A DNA stretch of 64,000 bases from an uncultured Acidobacteriota bacterium (lineage in GTDB: Bacteria; Acidobacteriota; Vicinamibacteria; Vicinamibacterales; 2-12-FULL-66-21). Positions 1 to 7,741 of the stretch are shown piece by piece. Every line of letters begins with the position of its first letter. Positions within the stretch are counted from its first letter, which is position 1. The notes beneath the pieces were generated by a model that worked only from the letters and a program-made list of their open reading frames with translations, did not search any database and was not told the origin of the DNA. The stretch is taken from assembly GCA_963740275.1 (NCBI GenBank), contig CAVUDT010000003.1, positions 205,898 to 269,897 of the forward strand. Direction: 5' to 3'. Position numbers and translations under genes: made by a program.

Positions 1-537
1 GAGAGGGCCGAGGCTCGCGAGCGCGACCGCCGCACGCCAGGCGAATGCGGCGTCGAGCTGCCCGATGATGTAGAACGACAGGCTCGATCCGATGGTGAAG
101 GACGTGGTGTAGAACGCTACGTGCCGCGGCTTCGGCATCGTCTCGAGGCGATCGGTGATGACCTTGAGCCCCGGCATGTAGGTGCCGGCGAGCCCCGCGC
201 CGGTGAGCAGCTGCAGCAGCGTGGCGCTCCAGACTCCGCCCGCAAGCGTGGCGAACCCCAGCGATCCCGCGCCCGCCAGCGCGCAGGCGCCGAGCCACAC
301 CGTGCGTGCGTCGATCCGGTCGGTGAGGCTGCCCAGCACCGGCACCGCGAGCATGTAGCCGGCGAAGTAGGCACTGCTGATCCATCCCGATTCCGTGTTG
401 CTCAAGTCCCAGCCGGCCTGCAGCTGCGGCTGGAGCGCGAGGAACATCGAGAACGGCGTCATGCTCAGGATCTCGGCCAGGCAGACGATCGCCACTGTCG
501 CTGCCGGCGACGATCCGGCAGCCCGATTCAATCCCAC
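1..537 (-). CDS. MFS transporter, N-terminal part (gene continues beyond the window start)
   Basis: This reverse-strand frame is absent from the ORF track because it has no stop inside the window. It translates without stops to ..TVAIVCLAEILSMTPFSMFLALQPQLQAGWDLSNTESGWISSAYFAGYMLAVPVLGSLTDRIDARTVWLGACALAGAGSLGF..GLAGTYMPGLKVI... The G-x-L-x-D-R-x-D-x-R loop after TM2 is the MFS signature. GTG/TTG start candidates lie at 537 and 531. Confidence 0.6.
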   Translation of the reverse strand, partial: MGLNRAAGSSPAATVAIVCLAEILSMTPFSMFLALQPQLQAGWDLSNTESGWISSAYFAGYMLAVPVLGSLTDRIDARTVWLGACALAGAGSLGFATLAGGVWSATLLQLLTGAGLAGTYMPGLKVITDRLETMPKPRHVAFYTTSFTIGSSLSFYIIGQLDAAFAWRAAVALASLGPL

Positions 538-736
538 TGCACAACACTGATCGACACGGTGGGAGAATTATCCTGTCAGCCGGCCGGTTACTTGCTGCCA
601 TTGGCGGATTGGTGTGTGCCGGAGGCACGGGGCCTGTCCCCCCTTGGAAAACGCAGGAGGGCCCCTCGTCCCGCGCCCCGGTCTGCCTGTCCCTTTAGCC
701 TCCCGGCCGTACGGCTGTGGCGGCAGAATACCGGCC

Positions 737-1907
737 ATGGCTACAACCTCTATTCGCATCGCTCTGTCGATCTCCGCGGTGCTCTGCGCCGCGGTCATGC
801 CTGCGTCGGCCCAGCCTGCCCCCACCACCGTGGCGCTGAAGGCGCCTGACGGGATCACGCTGAAGGCCACGTATTACTCGCCGGGGAAGCCCGGTCCGGG
901 TCTCGTGCTCCTGCACCAGTGCAACCGCGATCGTTCGGCGTGGGCTGCCTACGGCAAGGCCGCGTCGGCCCGCGGCTATCACGTCATCGCGATGGACTAC
1001 CGGGGCTTCGGTGAAAGCGAGGGCACCCAGGACAATCTCGGCGCGCAGGCGCAGATCGTCGCCGAAAAGTGGCCGGGTGACGCGGACGCGGCGTTTGCGT
1101 GGCTGATCGCCCAGCCTGGCGTTGACAAGAACCGGATCGGCGCCGCCGGCGCCAGTTGCGGCGTCAACCAGTCGGTGCTGCTCGCAAGCCGGCATCCTGA
1201 AGTGAAGACGGTGATGCTGTTGAGCGGTGGCGTCGTCCCCGCCGGCCGTGAGTATCTCCGCAAGTCACCGTGGCTGCCGGTGTTCGCGTCAGCCAGCGCC
1301 GACGATGGCGGCGCGGTCGACCAGATGCGCTGGATCCTGCGGCTGGTCGCGCAACCCGGCGAACCGGCTGGTCGAATACAAGACCGCCGGACATGGCACC
1401 GACATGTTCGCGGTGGAGAAAGGGCTCGAGGCCGGCATGCTCGACTGGCTCGATGCGCACCTGCGCAACGCCCCGGCGACTCCGTCCACCGCCAGCGTGG
1501 CCTCGAAACCCAGCCCGGTAGAGGAGTTCTGGACCACGCTGACCAAGCCGGGTGGCGCCGCCAAGGCGCGCGCGCTGTACGACGAAGCGAAGAAGCGAGG
1601 GGACAAGACCGTGCTCTTCCCCGAGACCGAGGCCAACGCCTACGGTTACCAGTTGATGGGGGAAGACAAGGCGCTCGACGCCGTCATCGTGCTGAAGATG
1701 AACGTGGACGCCTACCCGGAGTCGCCCAACACCTACGACAGCCTCTCGGACGCCTACCTCGCCGCCAACAAGCCGGTGGAGGCGCTGCAGTACGCCGAAA
1801 AGGCGATCAAGGTGCTCGACGCCGACACGCGGACGCCCGAGGAGTTCAAGGCGACCATTCGCCTCAGCGCTGAAAAGAAAGTCAGAGATCTGAAGAAAAA
1901 AACTTAA
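737..1907 (+). pseudogene. secreted alpha/beta hydrolase fused to a C-terminal helical-repeat (TPR-like) domain; frame broken by one extra base near 1344-1347
   Basis: ATG 737 gives the signal peptide MATTSIRIALSISAVLCAAVMPASAQ. Track ORF 614..1873 carries HVIAMDYRGFGESEG and GAAGASCG and makes sense up to DQMRWILRL. Sensible translation then continues in the +1 frame (track ORF 1227..1907): SRNPANRLVEYKTAGHGTDMF...AEKAIKVLD...KKKT. Confidence 0.75.
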
Positions 1908-1917
1908 GATCCGGCAC

Positions 1918-2019
1918 GGTTCCAAAGGTTCCAAAGGTTCCAAAGGTTCGGAACCCGGAACCCGGAACCCTTGGAACCTGGAACCGTTTAGACCGGAACC
2001 CTTAGAACCTTTGAGAACC
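1918..2019. repeat. inverted pair of tandem arrays: (GGTTCCAAA)x3 + GGTTC, then (GGAACCC)x3 and about 5 degenerate GRAACC units
   Basis: Read directly: GGTTCCAAAGGTTCCAAAGGTTCCAAAGGTTC|GGAACCCGGAACCCGGAACCCTTGGAACCTGGAACCGTTTAGACCGGAACCCTTAGAACCTTTGAGAACC. It fills the whole convergent spacer between stop 1905-1907 (+) and stop 2019-2021 (-). Confidence 0.9.
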
Positions 2020-3101
2020 TAAAGAGGTGCGGGCAGCTGGATTTCGAACCGGGAGCCTCGATCGAGGCCGGGGCTGGTGACCCGGATGGCGCCGCCGTGC
2101 AGCTCCACCAGGTGACTGGCGAGCGCGAGACCGAGGCCGAGGCCCGCGCTGTTGCCCTCCCCCGGACCACCCTGCCAGAAGCGCTGAAACACCTTCGGCA
2201 GGTCCTGCCTTGCGATGCCTGCGCCGGTGTCTTCCACCGCGATTCTCAGCAGCCGGCCATCCTGCTCAGCGCTGACCGTGATCGAGCCCCCCATCGGAGT
2301 GAACTTGAGCGCATTGGTCAGCAGGTTCCATAGCACTTGCGCGAGCCGGTGGCTGTCGCCGTTGACGATCAGCCCGGGCTGAATGGCCGTATGGAGCTCG
2401 AGCGACTTGTTGAGGGCAGCCGGGCGCAACGACGCGACCGATTGCTCGACCAGCCGGGTCAGGTCGAAAGGCTGCAGATCCACCGACATCTTGCCGGTCA
2501 CGATCCTCGACGAGTCGAGGACGTCGTCGACCAGCCGGCCGAGCGAGGTCGCGTTTCGTGAGATGACGTCGAGCACTCTTGGCAGCTGGTCGGCCGGCAG
2601 CGAGCCGTTCTGCAGCATCTGGACGTAGCCGAGCACCGTGTTCAGGGGCGTGCGGAGCTCGTGCGAGAGCGTGGCCAGGAACTGGTCCTTCGCGCGGCTG
2701 GCCTCCTCGACCGCTCGTTGCAGCCGCTTCTGCTCGCTGATGTCCCTGGCGATCTTCGAGGCCCCGACGATGGTGCCGTCGGGGGCGTGGATCGGGGAGA
2801 CGGTCAGCGAGATCTCCAGCAGTCCGCCGTCCTTGCGCTGCCTGATCGTCTCGTAGTGCTCGACGCTGTTCCCGGCGCGGATCTGGCCGATGACGAACTC
2901 CTCCTCGGCGAAACGGTCGCGGGGGATGATCAGCGAGATATGCCGGCCGACCGCTTCCTCGGCGGTGTATCCGAACAGCCGTTCCGCTGCCTTGTTCCAG
3001 CTGACGACGACGCCGTTCAGGTCCTTGCTGATGATGGCGTCGTCAGACGACGAGATGATTGCGGCGAGGTGGCCGGATGGCTCCGTGGATCCAGCAATCA
3101 T
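2019..3101 (-). CDS. PAS-domain sensor histidine kinase (PAS-HisKA-HATPase_c, soluble)
   Basis: Track ORF of 360 aa. PAS: DAIISKDLNGVVVSWNKAAERLFGY. H-box: FLATLSHELRTPLN. N/G boxes: NLLTNALKFTP, DTGAGI, GLGLGLA. Confidence 0.9.
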   Translation of the reverse strand: MIAGSTEPSGHLAAIISSSDDAIISKDLNGVVVSWNKAAERLFGYTAEEAVGRHISLIIPRDRFAEEEFVIGQIRAGNSVEHYETIRQRKDGGLLEISLTVSPIHAPDGTIVGASKIARDISEQKRLQRAVEEASRAKDQFLATLSHELRTPLNTVLGYVQMLQNGSLPADQLPRVLDVISRNATSLGRLVDDVLDSSRIVTGKMSVDLQPFDLTRLVEQSVASLRPAALNKSLELHTAIQPGLIVNGDSHRLAQVLWNLLTNALKFTPMGGSITVSAEQDGRLLRIAVEDTGAGIARQDLPKVFQRFWQGGPGEGNSAGLGLGLALASHLVELHGGAIRVTSPGLDRGSRFEIQLPAPL

Positions 3102-3156
3102 CCGGCGATTCTAATTTGAATCGTCGCGGTTCGAGGCAAGAGCCCGGAATCGGCGG

Positions 3157-5667
3157 CTAATTGGCCCGCAGCGCGGCGAGCGGGTCCACCCGGGTGGCCC
3201 GCCGCGCCGGAATGTAGCTGGCGAACATCGATGCCGCCGCGAGCACGATCGGCGCGACCACGAACACCAGGGGATCGAAGCCGCTCACGTCGTACAGGAT
3301 CGAGTCGAGCACCCGGCCCATCGCCAACGCGATCGGCAGGCCCACCGCGAGACCGGCGACGGTGAGCCCGACGGACTCACGCATCACCATGCCCATGACG
3401 TCTCCCTGCCGCGCCCCCAGCGCCATCCGGATCCCGATCTCGCGGCTGCGCCTCGACACGAGGTACGACTTCACGCCGTAGACGCCGGCCACCGCCAGGC
3501 CGAGCGCGAGGCCGCCGAAGAGCACGAGCATGCGGCCGCTGGTGCGGATCGCCCAGAGCTCGAGGCTGTTGTCGTGGAAGCGCTGGAGCGTGGTCAGCTC
3601 GAGGATCGGCAACCGGCCGTCGACCGCCCGCAGCTCGCGGCGCAGGGTCTCGGTCATCGCCGCTACCGCGGCTGCATCGGTGTTTGACGAGCGCACGTGG
3701 AGGCTCATCCCGGCGCGATAGTTCGGGCCGAAGGGGACGTAGATGTGCGGATCCTCCCCCTGGTCCATCAGCTCTTCGCGCATCGTCGGCGAGACGCCGA
3801 CGATCTGCATCGGCCCGAGCTGCTCGAGGAGCGGCTCACCCTCGCGCGGGGTGAAGCGGATCGTCTGGCCGACCGGGTCTTCGTTGGGGAACAGCTGGCG
3901 GGCCAGGACCTCGTCGATGATCGCGACCCGGGCGCCGGTGGCGGATTGTTCCTCGGCGATCGTGAAGTCCCGTCCCCTGCGCATCTGGAGACCGAGTGAC
4001 CGGAAGTAACCGGCGCTCACGATGCGGTAGGTCGGGCCAAACAGCGCCGGATCGCGCGGCACACCAGGGCGCTCGACCAGCCGTCCCTCGTGAAATGCCC
4101 CGAATGGCACCGTCGAGGCCAGCGCCGCCGCTTCGATCCCCGGCATCGTCCGGACCCGCTCGAGCACGGCGCGATAGAGATCGCGGCCGCGCGCCTCGTT
4201 GATCTGCGCGACGCCTACGTCGAGCGTGGCGAGCAGGCCGCCTTCGTACGAGAACCCTGGGTTCGCCGAAGTCGCCTTGATCATGCTGCGCGCGAACAGC
4301 CCGCCGGCGCAGAGGAGGCCGAGCGAAAGCGCGAGCTGACCGACCACCAGCATGTTCCTGGCGGTGAACCGTCCCGGCCGGGCGCCGGTGTCGGAAGCCT
4401 GTTCCTTCAGGTCGGTGACGAGATCGACCCGTGACATCTTCAAGGCCGGACCGATTCCGGCGAGCAGGGTCGCGAACCCGACGAAGCCGGCGGTAGCGAG
4501 CAGCACGTTCATGTCCGGCCGCGGTTCGAATACGAGCGTGAGCGGAAGGACGCGAACCAGGCTGGCGACGAGATAGGTGGTCGCCCAGTAAGCGAACACC
4601 AGCCCCGCGGCTGCGCCGACGACCGCGAGCAGGAGACTCTCGGTCAGGAGCTGCCGCACGATCCGCGAGCGGGATCCGCCGAGCGCGAGCCGGAGCGCGA
4701 TCTCCTTGCGCCGGATCGTGCCTCGCGCCAGCAGCATGTTGGCCAGGTTGAGGCAGGCGATGAGCAACACCGTGCCGGTCAGCCCCATCAATGCTGCGCC
4801 GGCGATGCCGAGGCCGGTGTCGGTCATGGGGCGCGTGCTGGTCGACATGCGCGGGAGACGGCTGACGGTGATCGCCTGGTCCCGGTTGTCGGGAGACGCG
4901 ACGGCGATCTGTTCCGACAGTGCCGAGAGCCGTTCCTGCGCGACCTCGATCGTGACGCCGGGCTTCAGCCGGCCGAGGACGATCACCGTGCCGGCCTTCG
5001 GATCGCGCAGGCCGTCGCCGCTGTTCTTGAAGATGTCGTTGACGATGGTGTCGAACACGCCGAGCGGCAGCCAGACCTCCGGCGAGGCCAGCGCCATGGT
5101 GCCGCCGAAGCCCTGTGGCGTCACGCCGACGACGGTGAAATCGATCGAGCTGATCTTCATCGTGCTGCCGACCAGCGCCGGATCGAAGCCGGTCGAACGC
5201 CACTTCTCGTATCCGACGATCACGACCGGGAGGTTCGCGCCGGGACGCTCCTCCTCCGGCAGGAATGCCCGTCCAGCGGCCAGCGGCACCTGCAGCGTCT
5301 CGAAGTAGTTCGAGGAGATGAGCTCGACGAAGATCCGCCGCGTGGTGTCGCCGGAGGGGACCCCGGCCATCGAGAAGGTATGCGCCGCGAGGCCCTCGAA
5401 CACGTCGGACTTCTCTCGAACGTCGACGTAGTTGGGATAGGCGAAGGCGCGATAGGAATCGGGCTTCGAGCGCTCGAAGCGGAAGAGCCCGACGATCCCT
5501 TCTCCCTGCGACGGCACCGGCGTGAACAGCAGCGCGTTGACGACGGTGAAGGTCGCGCTGTTCGCGCCGATGCCGAGGGCGAGGACAAGGATTGCCACCG
5601 CGGTGAAGCCCGGCGCCTTGGCGAACGAGCGAACGGCATAACGAAGGTCCTGCAGCAGGCGTGACAT
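3157..5667 (-). CDS. ADOP-family duplicated FtsX/MacB-like permease (orphan, no adjacent ABC ATPase)
   Basis: Inside track ORF 3157..5943. The plausible start is ATG 5665-5667, giving MSRLLQDLRYAVRSFAKAPGFTAVAILVLALGIGANSATF (typical ADOP N-terminus). There are two FtsX-like four-helix modules, and the C-terminus is RRATRVDPLAALRAN. Confidence 0.85.
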   Translation of the reverse strand: MSRLLQDLRYAVRSFAKAPGFTAVAILVLALGIGANSATFTVVNALLFTPVPSQGEGIVGLFRFERSKPDSYRAFAYPNYVDVREKSDVFEGLAAHTFSMAGVPSGDTTRRIFVELISSNYFETLQVPLAAGRAFLPEEERPGANLPVVIVGYEKWRSTGFDPALVGSTMKISSIDFTVVGVTPQGFGGTMALASPEVWLPLGVFDTIVNDIFKNSGDGLRDPKAGTVIVLGRLKPGVTIEVAQERLSALSEQIAVASPDNRDQAITVSRLPRMSTSTRPMTDTGLGIAGAALMGLTGTVLLIACLNLANMLLARGTIRRKEIALRLALGGSRSRIVRQLLTESLLLAVVGAAAGLVFAYWATTYLVASLVRVLPLTLVFEPRPDMNVLLATAGFVGFATLLAGIGPALKMSRVDLVTDLKEQASDTGARPGRFTARNMLVVGQLALSLGLLCAGGLFARSMIKATSANPGFSYEGGLLATLDVGVAQINEARGRDLYRAVLERVRTMPGIEAAALASTVPFGAFHEGRLVERPGVPRDPALFGPTYRIVSAGYFRSLGLQMRRGRDFTIAEEQSATGARVAIIDEVLARQLFPNEDPVGQTIRFTPREGEPLLEQLGPMQIVGVSPTMREELMDQGEDPHIYVPFGPNYRAGMSLHVRSSNTDAAAVAAMTETLRRELRAVDGRLPILELTTLQRFHDNSLELWAIRTSGRMLVLFGGLALGLAVAGVYGVKSYLVSRRSREIGIRMALGARQGDVMGMVMRESVGLTVAGLAVGLPIALAMGRVLDSILYDVSGFDPLVFVVAPIVLAAASMFASYIPARRATRVDPLAALRAN

Positions 5668-5791
5668 GACCCACCTTGTGACGGCTGAGGGGGGGCGAAG
5701 GTTCCGGAAAACCACCATTCGTCCCTGCCGGCGGGGGCTTCGGCACGCCGGGGTTGCGGGTCTGGGCACTAGAAGAGGAGAGTTCGACCTG

Positions 5792-6745
5792 ATGCGAACG
5801 ATCCGGCTGGTCACTCTCGCCGTCCTGGCCGGCGCCGCCTGCGCCGGTGTGACCGCCGACGCGGGAAAGATCGCGGCCGAGATCAAGCGGCTGACCGTCG
5901 AAGCGCCGGCCGTGCTCCCCGAAGACAGCAAGGCGCCGATCATGTCGCGGCTCGACCGGGCGCGGACGGCGCTGGCCGGCGGCCAGACGTATCTCGCGCT
6001 CTATGACATCCAGCCGGCATTCGAAGGGGAGGGGGGCTACCGGCTCGCGGCGACAGAGAAGAGCGTCACGACCCAGGAGGCGTTTGTCCGCAAGTGGACG
6101 GAGATGGGCCCGCCCGCCGAGCCACCGGCCGGCAAGGCGCCGATCGTGTTCGTCGAAGCGCTGGCGCAGAGCGCGGAGGGTCGCGCCCCGGCCACCTATC
6201 GCGCGAGCCGGCCCTATGCCGAGGACGCCGGGCGCGCGGCGGGGCTGTACTACCTCGGCGAGTCGCACGCGATGGTGCGGTTTGCCGCGTTGTGCCGCAG
6301 CCTGGCCCTGCCACCCGCGGCTGCCGCCAAGCCGCCGATCGGCTCGATCGAGCGGCATCTCGCGGCCTACGAAAGGGACGTCGTCAAGGCGTATGACGCC
6401 GCGGCCGCGGCCGAGCGTCCACGGTTCGCGGCCGTGAACGTCACCATCAAGCTCGCCCGCACCCTCGACGAGCAACGGCGCCACGAAGGGGCGCTGCTGC
6501 AGTACCTGGTCTCGCGATTTCGCTACGGCCTGATCCAGACGACTGGGAAACCGGACCCGTCGATTGACGGTCTCCGCGCCAGGCTTGCCGGCACGAAGCT
6601 GCCGGCCGGCATCGACCACAGCATCGCCGAGTTCTTCGCGCAGCTCGCCGGTGCGGCGCTGAATGGTCCGGAACCGGCGCCGCACGGCGCCGCGGTGATT
6701 CTCGACGACATCCTCCCGGCGTACCTGACGGTGGTGAACAAATGA
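5792..6745 (+). CDS. hypothetical secreted protein
   Basis: Inside track ORF 5666..6745. ATG 5792 is preceded by AGAAGAGGAG and gives the signal peptide MRTIRLVTLAVLAGAACAGV. I recognise no family. Its stop overlaps the next start (ATGA at 6742-6745). Confidence 0.55.
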   Translation: MRTIRLVTLAVLAGAACAGVTADAGKIAAEIKRLTVEAPAVLPEDSKAPIMSRLDRARTALAGGQTYLALYDIQPAFEGEGGYRLAATEKSVTTQEAFVRKWTEMGPPAEPPAGKAPIVFVEALAQSAEGRAPATYRASRPYAEDAGRAAGLYYLGESHAMVRFAALCRSLALPPAAAAKPPIGSIERHLAAYERDVVKAYDAAAAAERPRFAAVNVTIKLARTLDEQRRHEGALLQYLVSRFRYGLIQTTGKPDPSIDGLRARLAGTKLPAGIDHSIAEFFAQLAGAALNGPEPAPHGAAVILDDILPAYLTVVNK

Positions 6746-7665
6746 TGAAGCTAGCCCTGGCCCTCGCGGTTCCGTTGCTGGTCGCGGCCCTCGACCAACC
6801 CAGGTCCGTGCCTGGGGGCATAAAAGAGACCGCCGCGCAGGCGGCCGGTGCGACGGTCACCATCACGCTGGTGAGGTGGCCGTTCACGTGAAGCCTCTCA
6901 GACCCAGCAAGTTTGCTGATAAAGGATGTTGCGTCGGAGCTCGGCAGCCGGGTCAAGGTCGTGACCGAGGAATACGGTAACTCGCCGACCGCGGAACGAT
7001 GGGGCGTGCGGCGCTATCCGGTCGTTTTCGTGGACGACGTGCTCGTCGCCCGTCCGAAGGATTTCGGATTCGCCGGCGAAGACGACAAGTCGAAGGGGCT
7101 CTACGTCCCCTGGCGTGAACCGTCGAACCAGCAGCGGTTCAAGGCGGATCTGCGGCGCATGACCGAGATGCGGCTCAAAGGGGAGCAGGTCGCCGGGCTC
7201 GATGTCGCCGAAGTGCGCGCCGAGGCCGTGCCGTCGGACGGGCCGTCAACCTTCCCCGAGCTCCCGCTTCGCTCGATCGCCGGCGCCTCGCTCGATTCGA
7301 AGGCGCTGGCCGGCAAGGTCGTGGTGGTCGAAATGTGGGCGACGTGGTGCCCGCCCTGCCGCTCGACGATGGCATGGCTGAACACGCTGCAGGCGAAGCA
7401 CGGCGACCGGCTGGCGGTGATCGCAATTGCGGTCGACTCACCGGCGGCCGAGGTCCTGAAGATGTCCGCCCAGCTCAAACCGTCGTATCACATCGTCCAG
7501 GGCACGCCGGAGATCATCGCCAGCTTCGGCGAAGTCGCAGCGGTCCCGAAGCTGTTCGTGTTCGACCGCTCGGGCAAGAGGATCCAGACCTTCTACGGCG
7601 CCCCGCCCGATCTGCATCAGAAGATCGATGCTGCGGCCGCCGGGGCACTCGGTTCCAGGTTCTAG
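6742..7665 (+). CDS. exported double thioredoxin-fold protein (N-terminal Trx-like domain plus C-terminal TlpA/ResA-like WCPPC domain) interrupted by an in-frame TGA at 6889-6891 (Sec candidate or nonsense)
   Basis: ATG 6742 gives the signal peptide MMKLALALAVPLLVAAL. The same frame (mod 3 = 1) continues through TGA 6889-6891 into track ORF 6913..7665, whose only listed start is a TTG. The C-terminal domain has VVVEMWATWCPPCRSTMAWL. Confidence 0.6.
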
Positions 7666-7677
7666 GGTCAAAAATGT

Positions 7678-7738
7678 CTGAATGCTGAATGCTGAATGCT
7701 GAAAATTTGGGTTCTAAGTTCTTTGTTCTGAGTTCTGA
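7678..7738. repeat. two adjacent heptamer arrays: (CTGAATG)x3 and (GTTCTRA)x4
   Basis: Read directly: CTGAATGCTGAATGCTGAATGCTGAAAATTTGG GTTCTAAGTTCTTTGTTCTGAGTTCTGA. It lies in the convergent spacer between stop 7665 (+) and stop 7742 (-) and is noticeably AT-richer than its surroundings. Confidence 0.9.
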
Positions 7739-7741
7739 GTT

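Noticed and set aside
3836-6685. A 949-aa ORF on the minus strand. Similar very long ORFs occur at 8042..9892, 11374..13221, 16835..18565, 24888..26018, 31586..33121, 34527..36254, 39496..40926, 43692..44576, 46283..47851 and 52601..53905
   Set aside because: They are alternative-frame or antisense readings of confidently identified genes. They are dominated by Arg/Ala/Pro/Gly, as expected for off-frame translation of high-GC DNA, and contain no recognisable motifs.
6889-6891. Genome-wide reassignment of TGA (Trp or Gly) instead of site-specific recoding
   Set aside because: Many confidently called genes in the window terminate with TGA at positions matching family C-termini and ATGA/TGATG operon junctions. 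TGA is therefore a normal stop here.
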